Below, in pieces: positions 17,112 through 27,839 of a DNA stretch of 64,000 bases. A model generated the notes under the pieces. It did not search any database, was not told the origin of the DNA, and worked only from the letters and a program-made list of their open reading frames with translations. How positions within the stretch are numbered: the first letter of the stretch is position 1; every line of letters begins with the position of its first letter. The stretch lies in the IMG/VR virus record IMGVR_UViG_3300037455_000245, positions 41,229-105,228 of that record; one strand, written 5' to 3'. The position numbers were made by a program, and so were the translations under genes. The stretch comes from a virus (Duplodnaviria; Caudoviricetes).

Positions 17112-18086
17112 ATGTATAGTACGAAAACAGCTATCACAATGAGTCTTAGAGACTTATTGGAGAAAGTGAGCGACTATGACATTTATAGCTATTATCTAGG
17201 CTCATTTAAGCCTGGAAAACTAATGAACAGTCCCTTGCGCCCAGACGATAAGATCCCCAGCTTTGCTATATTTCCTAGCAAGACTGGAGATCTACTGTTT
17301 AAGGATCATGGGACAGGAGCATCTGGTAATGCTCTAAAGTTCATAAAACTATACAGACGCATTGATACACGTGAAGAACTTGAGCGTGAGCTCTTGAAAA
17401 TCGTCAGGTGTATAAATCCTACACAGACAGCACAAAAGCCCGTTAGAAGGGCTGAAAATGCGTCTGAGACGCGTATTGGGATAGTGAGGCAACCATTTAC
17501 TGAAATAGATAAGCAGTATTGGAAGCAATTTCATATATCTATTGACACATTGCGTCGATTTAATGTATTTAGTATAAAATACTTTTTGTGCAACAATATT
17601 GTTAGAGGAGTGTATAAGGAAGATAATCCAATGTATGCTTATAAGGTGTTTGATAAATTTAAAATATATCGACCACTAGCAAGTAAGTATACAAAATGGA
17701 GAACTAACTTAACAGTACAACACGTACAAGGTCTGGAACAACTAAATCCAGATGGTGGAAATCTCCTCATTATTACTAAATCTTTAAAAGACGTAATGTG
17801 TTTATATGAAATGGGTTTTAATGCAATATCGTCGAGTAGCGAAACTACTTTCATACCCGATGATACGCTTCAATCTCTAAGGAAGAAGTGGAAGCACATC
17901 ATTATTCTATATGATAGGGATACTGCAGGAATGCAGAATGCTCGTCAGTATAGTAAGCAATATAGCTTAGATGCTATATTTGTTCATAAGAAGTTTAAGG
18001 CAAAGGACGTATCCGATGCTGTTAAAGGTAACGGATTCGTTGTTGTCAAAGAATGGTTAACTAAAACAGTAGAAAGATATGTGTGA
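17112..18086 (+). CDS. DNA primase (DnaG/TOPRIM type, crAss-like)
   Basis: N-terminal SPLRPDDKIPSF...FKDHG domain; TOPRIM IITKSLKDVM...ILYDRDTAG...KDVSD. Confidence 0.88.
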   Translation: MYSTKTAITMSLRDLLEKVSDYDIYSYYLGSFKPGKLMNSPLRPDDKIPSFAIFPSKTGDLLFKDHGTGASGNALKFIKLYRRIDTREELERELLKIVRCINPTQTAQKPVRRAENASETRIGIVRQPFTEIDKQYWKQFHISIDTLRRFNVFSIKYFLCNNIVRGVYKEDNPMYAYKVFDKFKIYRPLASKYTKWRTNLTVQHVQGLEQLNPDGGNLLIITKSLKDVMCLYEMGFNAISSSSETTFIPDDTLQSLRKKWKHIIILYDRDTAGMQNARQYSKQYSLDAIFVHKKFKAKDVSDAVKGNGFVVVKEWLTKTVERYV

Positions 18087-18234
18087 AGTTATAAGTTGTG
18101 TGCTCTCTTTTACACTCGGCATAATCGCTGGGGGTGTTGGTCTTTATTATAAGTTGTTAATGGATATTAAAGCCTTTGAAAGGGAGTATGAGCCCCTTCT
18201 GCTCTTGCTAAAGGAGAAGCAGAATGAAATCTAA
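18079..18234 (+). CDS. 51-aa single-pass membrane protein (below the ORF-track cutoff)
   Basis: Hand translation MCEVISCVLSFTLGIIAGGVGLYYKLLMDIKAFEREYEPLLLLLKEKQNEI*; overlaps both neighbours. Confidence 0.65.
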   Translation: MCEVISCVLSFTLGIIAGGVGLYYKLLMDIKAFEREYEPLLLLLKEKQNEI

Positions 18235-18598
18235 AGGAAGGGTTAAGAATGCGACAGCCGTCGATGCGTATGGACTACACTTTCGTAGCAAACTCGAACT
18301 CTATACGTATGAAGCTTTTATGAAAGCAGGAATACCTGTTAAGTATGAGCCAAAGCATTTTACTCTTCTACCAAAGTTCGAATTTTTAGGCGAAAAAATA
18401 AGACCTATTACATACTTACCAGACTTCGTTGGACGAGGTTTTATAGTAGAATGTAAAGGTCTTATGGGGGATTCGTTCCCCATTCGCTGGAAACTCTTTA
18501 AGTATTATTTACACAAACATCACGCCAAAACCAAATTATATTTAGTGAGAAATCACAAGCAGGTTGACGAGATGGTTGAAGAACTTAAGAAAAAATGA
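18224..18598 (+). CDS. PD-(D/E)XK endonuclease (T7 endonuclease I/DUF1064-like, possible resolvase)
   Basis: FRSKLE...YEP...YLPDF...IVECKG. Confidence 0.85.
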   Translation: MKSKGRVKNATAVDAYGLHFRSKLELYTYEAFMKAGIPVKYEPKHFTLLPKFEFLGEKIRPITYLPDFVGRGFIVECKGLMGDSFPIRWKLFKYYLHKHHAKTKLYLVRNHKQVDEMVEELKKK

Positions 18599-18843
18599 GT
18601 TTAGAAGAAGCAAATTACATGATGAATATCGGTATATTCTATACTGCAAATGGTTGGGAATGGTATATAGATACATGTCAGCCTTTTGGAGATATTATAG
18701 GATATAAAAAATACGATACTCCAAATGAGGCTTTAGTAGAATTGAAGGAATTTTTGAGATATTTTACAAAGAATGTTCTCAAAAACGGAGATACTATTAG
18801 GGCATATGTTGAGAAACATAAACCAAAGAATGAGAAATCTTGA
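18595..18843 (+). CDS. Hypothetical protein
   Basis: 82 aa with ATGA overlap to the upstream gene. Confidence 0.6.
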   Translation: MSLEEANYMMNIGIFYTANGWEWYIDTCQPFGDIIGYKKYDTPNEALVELKEFLRYFTKNVLKNGDTIRAYVEKHKPKNEKS

Positions 18844-18985
18844 TTTTAGAAGATATAAAGGTGATCATTATACAGATTTTGTAATAACAATATTCGATTT
18901 GTGTATAGGCGTTGGTTTTCGAAAAGAAAAATTAGAATACCGGACATCTCTTTTGTTTAACTTCTATTTTAAGAGAAAAGAATAA
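18830..18985 (+). CDS. Small hypothetical protein
   Basis: ATG 18830 (MRNLDFRRY...) within ORF 18773..18985; TAATG coupling to the next gene. Confidence 0.5.
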   Translation: MRNLDFRRYKGDHYTDFVITIFDLCIGVGFRKEKLEYRTSLLFNFYFKRKE

Positions 18986-19968
18986 TGGACATTTCTATAC
19001 CATATTACGAGGACCGAACTCGTATCTCGAACAGTAACATAGGCTGGTTTCTACAGAAGGGACCAGCCTATTTACATAAGATGTTAACTGATCCTCCTCC
19101 AGAGGAGAAGAACTACGTCTTAGAGCGTGGAACAATGATCCACATGTACCTACTCCAGCCCGAAGAGTTCCAAAAGACATACGTAGTCTGGGACAAAAGT
19201 AGACCTTCTTCAGCACAGCAGGAGAAGTTCTGTCAGGAGCTGGCCAATACACTCGAAATAGAGCCAAATAGAGCCATTCTAAGCGCATATCAGGCTGCCT
19301 ATAGTACAAAAGGTAAGTCTGAGGAAACAATGCTCTCAGAAGGCCTTAAAATAGCCTCTACGCTTAAGGATTATGTAGACTTCCTAAAGTTACATGATGG
19401 GAGAACTATGATTAGTCCTTACGATGCACAAATGCTTGAGAAAATCAAAAAGAATGTGCAAAACCACAAGTTGGCTTGGGATCTTATATGGTCAAAAGAA
19501 TTATCATCGTGGCATGAATTTCACATCAATTGGACATACTATGTCAAGATGGCTGCTGGAGTTGAGTGTAAATCATTATTAGATGGTCTTACACTTGATT
19601 TCAGAAACAAGAAGGCTATCATATATGACTTGAAGACCACACAAAAGTTGTGGCACTTTGAGGATAGTATAGACCAGTATGACTATTGTAGGCAATTATG
19701 CTATTACTATCAGGCTGTTGTATGGTATCTAAAGTATGAACTCAAAGAAGATACTAATAGTTGGACTTTTGATTTCTATATTATAGGTATCGATACTACT
19801 GGTAGTTATGAGATTCGTGTGTTCAAAGTTGATTACTACATGATTGACTCTCGTAAAGCGGTTATAATGAATGCTATGAAGGAGATTATGTGGCATCAAG
19901 AGCATAACAAGTGGGAACATAGTAGAGCCTATTATGAAGGTGATGGCTCAGAAACTTTAAATTTATAA
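18985..19968 (+). CDS. PD-(D/E)XK exonuclease (RecE/DUF3799-like)
   Basis: YYED..ISNS, GTMIHMYLLQP, CKSLLD...IYDLKTT, YCRQLCYY. Confidence 0.88.
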   Translation: MDISIPYYEDRTRISNSNIGWFLQKGPAYLHKMLTDPPPEEKNYVLERGTMIHMYLLQPEEFQKTYVVWDKSRPSSAQQEKFCQELANTLEIEPNRAILSAYQAAYSTKGKSEETMLSEGLKIASTLKDYVDFLKLHDGRTMISPYDAQMLEKIKKNVQNHKLAWDLIWSKELSSWHEFHINWTYYVKMAAGVECKSLLDGLTLDFRNKKAIIYDLKTTQKLWHFEDSIDQYDYCRQLCYYYQAVVWYLKYELKEDTNSWTFDFYIIGIDTTGSYEIRVFKVDYYMIDSRKAVIMNAMKEIMWHQEHNKWEHSRAYYEGDGSETLNL

Positions 19969-19973
19969 ACATT

Positions 19974-20189
19974 ATGAAAAATATTAGTAATTTAGCAGAA
20001 ACGTATTTAAAAAGTTTAAATAACATTCCTGAAAATATGGTAGAAATAGTAAAAAATGCATATATAGCTGGATATAATCAGCAGGAAATAGAGGATTCGT
20101 TTGACAATGATATACAAGATGACGAAGAAGACGTTTTTGCTGACTGTATTGACGATATCACTCCTATAGATTTAACTGATGGAGAGTAA
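19974..20189 (+). CDS. Small acidic hypothetical protein
   Basis: 71 aa with a D/E-rich C-terminus. Confidence 0.65.
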   Translation: MKNISNLAETYLKSLNNIPENMVEIVKNAYIAGYNQQEIEDSFDNDIQDDEEDVFADCIDDITPIDLTDGE

Positions 20190-20535
20190 TATTTATTCTA
20201 TTGTTTATTATATAGATAATTCATACAAAATAAAGAATTATATAAGGTCGTTAGATATATTGAGATTTGGAAATAATTATGAGTCTAAAATATATTTAAC
20301 AAAAATAGATTATAGAATAAAGAACCTTTTGTTGTCCGAACCAAATTTTATAAGGTTGGGTTTGGATGATAAAGGTATTTATGCTATATTTATGATTCCA
20401 AAAAAGTATGAATATCTTGTAGTAATAGTAGATAAAGTTGGATACAGAGGGATGACAAAAGAGATGTTGTCCCTTTACAACAAAAAGACCTTAGGTAAAA
20501 AAATATTACCTAAGGTCTTTTTTTATTCCAAATAA
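20179..20535 (+). CDS. Hypothetical protein, very AT-rich
   Basis: 118-aa ORF and last + strand gene; its 3' end overlaps the terminator. Confidence 0.55.
   Translation: MESNIYSIVYYIDNSYKIKNYIRSLDILRFGNNYESKIYLTKIDYRIKNLLLSEPNFIRLGLDDKGIYAIFMIPKKYEYLVVIVDKVGYRGMTKEMLSLYNKKTLGKKILPKVFFYSK
20482..20524. terminator. Bidirectional terminator between the convergent arms
   Basis: AAAAA-GACCTTAGGTAA-loop-TTACCTAAGGTC-TTTTTTT; perfect 12-bp stem. Confidence 0.85.
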
Positions 20536-20556
20536 TAAGAAGTATACTCATAGGGT

Positions 20557-23500
20557 TTAATCTTCGTTTTCTTGATCATACCCCCATATTAAATCGTACA
20601 ATAGACTATATCTTTCGAACTTATCCAACTTCATCACCTGCGTTTCATTATATCTACGCTTTGCTGCAGGATCAATAAACTATTCGAAGATATTGTGGAA
20701 AGGTATTGTTTTCATGAAATTTCTAAAACCTTCCGTATATCCTTGATATGTACCGTTTTGTATAATTCCATCGTCTTCTTCAAATTCTGACTCTTCGTCA
20801 CTAAAAAAGTTTAAAGCCAGTCTATAAATACCGGAAACTATAGATTGGGAGGCATAGTTTCTTCCATATCCCAACGTTGACATAAATAAACTAGTACCCA
20901 TTCCAGATGTAAATGTTAATAATGCGTCACTCACGGACGTGGCAGCTGTTGCTGATTTTACGTTGTTTAATATATCTATGAGATTATATTTACTATTTGT
21001 TTCAAATTGGACAGCTCTAGCCCAATATGCAAGTGTTTGAAGCAATAGCCATTTAAGTCTATCGTCGTCTTTATCTGTACTGTCTGCACATGCCACAAGA
21101 AGGTTTGCTATAGGAGCAATTGCGAAGTTTATTAGCATGACCTCATAAAAAGTTTGTCTTATCTAATACGCGTTTGCTATCTAGTTATCATGTTCTTCCT
21201 AAGACTGACCTTCTTTTAAAGAGGCAAATTTAACTCCAAGTGGATTTAATACATCCCCTAAACCTGTACCAAAGAATTCGTTGTTTACGTTCTTTAACGA
21301 TTTACGATCTTTTCTATGTTTGATATTATAAACCAAACTTGTAGCTAAAGAAATTGTACCACATCCGGCTAAAAATACAGGAGAAAATCCGCCAAACGCA
21401 AGTCCAACAAACGCTCCTGCGCCAGCTGCAGCTAATGCGTTTGAAGCCCAAAGATTTCTACAATAGTTAAACAACGTTCTAAATTGACCTCCTTTATATT
21501 CTTCTGCATCAAAATCATATACACGTTTACCCCACGTCTGTTGTAGCATTAATGGTATATATTGTCTGTGAATAAGCACAAATGCTCCTAAAAAATTTCG
21601 TGTCATCAACGCCTTTTGCAATCTTGTTGCCATACCGTCGGCTTGTTCTGCATTTTTCATGGCTTTGTTTGACGCTGTATTTTTTATCTTTTCCCACGCC
21701 GCTTGATATTCTGGTTTTACGATAAGTTTTGTGTCGTTCGAGTTAACTTTAAAATTCCACGCTTCGGAATCTCCTTCAAATATATTATATGCGTTGACTT
21801 TTGAATTTTTAAACTCTTTCATCAACTCTTTATATTTTTCCTCGCCAAGTATAAGACGTTGTTCTTCTATCATATGTTTTGTCATAAACTAACCGTTTAC
21901 ATATCTATACGATAGAAGCGTAGCAACCATGATTGTAGCTTTGGAATAAATGTCTGCTGCGGACATTATACCGAAAGTGCTGTTTTTGTATATTGCCTGT
22001 AATATTCTATTTCTGTTTGAATGCTCAGATTTTTTTCCAGATTGGTCTGATAAATCCATAAGCTCCATCAACAGTATTAATTTGTTTTTAGTAAGTCTAT
22101 CTCCTATAAACCTAGCTCCTGCAAAGTTTGACCCAAATTCATTTAAAGTTATTAGGCCAGCATTAAACATGTCACTTTTGCTATATTTATATCCAACTAT
22201 ACCATTTATAACATGTGTAAACATTGTAGTAAAGAATCCAACCATTGCTACTTTCGGGTTCATTCCTAAGTTTCTTGCTGTGGTCATTCTTTTTAACAGC
22301 GATAAGATTTTTGTGAGATCTATTCCAAACAATCCAAAAGAGTCTCTTTGCATGTCATAGAGATCACGCTCTATTAATTTCCTTGCATAATTGAACGTGT
22401 TTGACTATTGATTGTTTCCTCCAGTAAGCTTTATTTTATCAGTAACTTTTCTAAATTTACCAAATCTATCGGAATTTTTAAACTTCTAATCCCGTATCAA
22501 ATCGAGTATTAATTCACAATCGTCACGTATAATAGACCGTTCTTTATATTGACAAGACATCATGTAATAATCTCTAGTTATTCCAACTATATCTTTTGAT
22601 ATTAATTCCGGATGCTCTAGCGGTTTTGTAAACGGTGTTGGTATTACATGAAATTCTCTTCCGTCTGGGTATACTCCAGATATAGACTGCGTTCTACCGA
22701 CAGATGATTCCTAATATGCAGTATTAATATCTGTATCATTGGGATCCTCGGAAAGACCTATTATTCTACCAAATCCAAATATCTTACTTAAGAAGTTTTT
22801 AAATCCTTTGTATGTAGATTTTCTATACAACCGTTCCATAGCAGTGCACTCCTGCTACGGCAATAAATAATCATCTGCAAATTCTCTGTTCTGCATTTGA
22901 TTTGCTTCATGAATAGTATTGAAAATTCCATTATACAACGCTTTTAGAGTTTCAGAACCACCGTGGCGTACTCCGTTCTCGTCCTTTTTGCCAAAAATCT
23001 TAGAGTAATTTTCTTCGTTGTCATACAACTCTCGTTTTGGAACATAAGACATATTGTAACTTTCGTCAAAGTTATGGTTTAACAAATCGGATTCTTGTTT
23101 ATCAATCCACGCATCGTTTGGCGAAATCTCCATAAAACTTTCGTCTACAGTCTCCATTCTCTACAACCAAGAATACGGAACAAATGTACCCTCTATATCA
23201 AAAAGATCGTCATCAAAAGTTATATATCCATAAGTGTTCCCTAGAATTATGTTCATAAGCTCGTTTTCTGTAGTCTCGTCATCAATATCTTCTATTTCAG
23301 ATAACTATCTCTGAGCTTCTTTTCTAGCCTCTTCCTTTGCTCGTTTTAATTGTTCTGTATCTACATATTTGATATATTTATCCCAAATCTCTTTAAACTT
23401 GGCTATTCTTGCAGCGTCTGTTCCTTGCGATTTATAACGTTCACTATACATCTTTCTGTCGAGCTCTATAAGCGCATTTAACAAAACTTGAGGTATACTA

Positions 23501-26500
23501 TTGGCATCATATTCTCCGTTTAACATACGATATTTACTTAAAATATCCTTTTTCTTCTACTTTAGCTCCTCGTATGCTTCGCCATAGTTTATTTTAAAAT
23601 CGCCAAATTCTTTCTCTATTTCAAGAAACACTAAAGCTTCGCCAAATTCATTCTTTTTTAACGTTTTTATAGAATTTCGCTGATCCCATTTACTGAGCTC
23701 TTCCGAATCTTTTCCGTATTTTGCTATAACTTCGTTTCTCGCCTTAAGCCATTTATCTTTTTTATATTGCTTCTCCTTGTATGTATTATCTCTTTTCTTT
23801 TTAAACGGATTGGGAACATTATACAACTCTTCATATAAATTAGCTAACGCCTCAGCATCTTCTCGATCCTACCCTTCTCGTTCAAATCCGTACTCATTTA
23901 TAGGACTACGTAAAAATCTTCTACGTTCCCAAAGCTTATTTAATTTGTCCCAGTCTTCATCAGACAACTGTTCATAGTGAGGAACACCATCTGCGTCGTA
24001 TAAATTTTTATAATTGGACGTAATTGATTCTATCTGAGTTCTTATAGCGCCAAGTTGATCTTTTATTCTTTGTGGGAGTTTAGAGTAATGTTCATAGTAT
24101 TCCGGTTTATATTTACGCTCACAGTGCGCATTCAACCATTCGTCTTTTTTCTCTTCAAAATACTACTTTGCAGTATATGTTTTTACTACGGTATTGCCTT
24201 TCTTGTCTGTGATTTTTATATTAGCTGTTCTTTTTCCAGCTTCACCGTCTGGAGCAACTCTAGAATCTACAGATAATGTAGCTAACCCAAAATATTTAAT
24301 AAGATCTTTATTTATGCCGTGAATAGCCTCTATATAATCTCGTTTAAATCTACCGAAATTTAGATCGCGCATCAAATATCCTGTAAAATTACCATTTTCG
24401 TCAGTTTCATATAGATGCCAACCCTTCTCTCCACGTTTAAGGTTTTTCTATAATTTTAGCAAATCGGTCTATTTATCTTGTGTAGCAAATTGAGCTTTAC
24501 TTAAAGCGCTATTTATCATGTAACTAATAGCGCGTACAGCATCGTTTGCACTAGCGTCTGATGCACCGGCGATTAATTCTAATGACGATATGTCGTCTAA
24601 TACAGAATTTCCATTTATGGCGTCTATATATTTATCTATACCTTTATAACCTACTTCTTTAGCTTTCTTTTTTAGAGTATGAATGCCGTTTTCTTTAAGC
24701 ATATATTCTAGAATATGCATTGCCTCTTCACTAAACGACTTTGCATTCTTCAAGCTTTGCTCCATGGCAAATATGTCGTCTATTGTTAGCTTTTGTTGAT
24801 CTGGATTGAGATGCTTGTTGTATTCTTCTACAATTCTAGATTTATTGGACGAATCAACTAATATTGATAATATCGTGTCAAACGCTTTATTGTACATGCC
24901 TACGTTTGCGTGCATTTCGCGCATATAATCTGAGTTTGTAAACACGCCATTTTCTCTTCTGATAGTTCTAAGCTTGTCTACAGTTTCAATCATAGCAGGT
25001 ACAGCCGTCTTTAATAGATTTTGTATGGCATTGTACTTTCCAACTTCGTCTATTACGAACATCTCAAGCTGGTTCTCTGTTGTGGAAATAAGTCTACCTT
25101 TTTCTACAGAATCTAGCAAAGATGCTTTTAATGCCTACACTCGAGTGTTAAGCATTTCCTGAATTTCCTCTATTTTGTGTACTTGCACTCCGTCAGAAGC
25201 AAGGTAGTTTTTCTCAACTTCTTGCATTTTCTCAAGCATTTTCATGCTTTCTATAAAATCTTCGTGATTCAACAAAGACTTGTTAGCGTTTGCATAAACC
25301 TGCTTAAGTTTAGAGTTATCAGTGTTTCCTCTTTCTATAGTAGGAGCGCCTATAAGATAGTTAGTAAGTATATTTTCGTAATCCTATATATCTGTCAATA
25401 ACGAATTTTGTGCGAATATAGCACGTTTTCCGAAAGCTTTTGCTATCTTGTTCACAAGATTTTTTAATGTAGCCAATATACCAGATTTTCTGTTTAGTCG
25501 ATCTATCTTTTCGGCAATGCCACACATCTGAGCTCTAACTATAGGATCGGATGCAAAACATGCAGCAAACTCTTTTTCGTTTGCGAGAGCATACATACCA
25601 TCTATTACATTCTTAGAATGCACATCAAGATGTTTTATGTGTTTTGTTATTTTGTTGTATGCGTCTCGGTTAGCTCTCACAAATTCAAAATCAGCTTGTG
25701 TCTTTGGATTATTTATAATATCTACAGTTACTGCGTGTATTAGCTCGTGCATTATGGTAACTCCAGTGTATCCACGGGACACTTGATTAAGTTCATCCGG
25801 ATTTATGAATATAACACTAGCACTTCCATCAGTAATTGTTTTCGCAAACTCTCCTATCTTCATAGAGTATCCTATACGGACAGGAACGTCGTGAAGAGAT
25901 AGGGCTTTTGCAAGTTTATTATCTACAGAATGAAACACTCCACTAGATAACATTGCTCGCATTAAATCTCTACTACTAACGGTTTCTCCGTTCATCAGTT
26001 TCTAAGACAATTCTTGACCAAAAGAAGAAACTATATTTGCAGGTTTAAAATACTCACTATTTTCGTCGAACGTTACATCATTTTTGAGGTGATATATATT
26101 ATTCGTTTTTGGATTCCAAGTACCAAGGTTCTCTACGTGTTTTATTTGATTTGGTTCTTTTACAATATACACATCTCCAAACAGAACGTCAAATTTATTT
26201 TTGCTTATCGAACCATCGTATAAATTAGACTTCAACTCATCTAATAGCTATTTTTCCTTTTCTTGATATTCTATAAAAATAGAACTATATTTGCCTGCCA
26301 TCAGAGGATTTGTATCATTTGGCGACATCTAAAAGTCGGATTCTAGTGGATCTTTTATATTTAAGTACAGAGGAAGCGCTTCAGGAGAATATATAAGATT
26401 TTGTGTACCATACATCGCGTTAATAAGTTGATTTGCAGCAACCTGTCTGTATTTTGAATTTGGATTTATATTCTCTTTTATAAAATGTAACGTGTTTACT

Positions 26501-27828
26501 GAAGTATGTTCTCTATTTCCACCAACAAATTCAAGCCCTGTTGTTAAATAAGATATAATTTTAGCTCTTCTACTTAATTCTTCTATTTCAGAATTAAGAT
26601 TTGTAATTAGCCGCTAATATTCTTTTTTTACAGATTGCGAATTTGTGTAATCTACGCCGAGAAACGATAATATATTATTAAAAACTTTCTTTATAAAAGA
26701 ATCATCTTTTACATTGTATAATTGTTGTGTTATTTTATTGACTTCACTGTGTAATTGACCTATTTTTTTATATATGTCTTTTGTAGTAGGTAAATTATCG
26801 GAATCAAATAAATCGTACACAGAACTTATAATATCTATAATACTGTCAATTTCATGAGCTTTAATTCCAGTATATACAGCATTGTCATAACTAGAAGTAA
26901 AATAAAATTGTTGATTATTCGCTCCCCTATTTCCCTTACCGCTCATGTTTTTGTCAAATCCATTAGTTTTTATAGAATCGTACGTTCTGGTTCCGTGCCA
27001 CACAACTAAAGGTTCACCATTCTCATCTACAACTTTAGAAACGGACTTTGATTTTCTAGACTTTATTTCTACTTGGCGTACGTTTTTATCTATATCAAGC
27101 GGTTCAATAGATTTTATAGTTGCGCCACGATATATTTTTACTTCAGATTCGCCTTGTAATGAAATATGTCCGGTATTATTATTTATAACAATTTTAACAA
27201 GTCCGATTTTATTCAAATCTTGTCCTTTTTGATTGGCATATTGATTTGCATAATCAATAGCATACCCAAGAGTGTAAGATCCATAGAATGCATTTTCATC
27301 TATATTAAAATACTAGCTTTGATTTTTTCTAAAATCGATTCCATTCAATAAAGATTGTATATCGTTTGATGCTGCATATATTGTAATGTCTTCTCCAGAA
27401 TCAAATTTTTTTCTTATATTGTCTACTTGTTCTCTAGATAAATATCTATTTTCTGGTATATTATAAATCTCATACCTATATTTTTTGTCATAGGTTTTTG
27501 TCCAATCTCCAAACCAGTTAAAAAACTCATCAGAATAAACATTAGATTTAGCTATTATAGCTTTAGCTCTGTCTCCATTAAAATGACTCAAAAGAGTCTA
27601 AAATAATAACGATGGTTTGCCCTACGGAGTTTCGTCAAGGAAATTACCACCGTTTCTATCATAAGTTATATAAGCAGCCTCCATTGCAAGATAATCCTGC
27701 CCAGTTCGCTAATTTCTTAGCGAACTTGAGCGGAATTCATCTTCTGTCATAGGTCTGCCACCAAAAGCTTCAACCATTTCGTTGAAGCCGTCAAATACAA
27801 ATTTATTTTTATAATTTGGGCAAAACAT
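20557..27828 (-). CDS. ~2,423-aa polyvalent virion/ejection protein (ART-PolyVal-like and zincin domains), TAG=Gln
   Basis: ATG 27828 (MFCPNYKNK) to TAA 20557; the main - strand ORF-track fragments from 27591 to 20680 share one frame. Motifs FFNWFGDW, SKVVDENGEPLVVWHGT, FYFT, PLYLNIKDP, PNQIK and HELIH. Confidence 0.85.
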
Positions 27829-27839
27829 AGTTATTTTTT

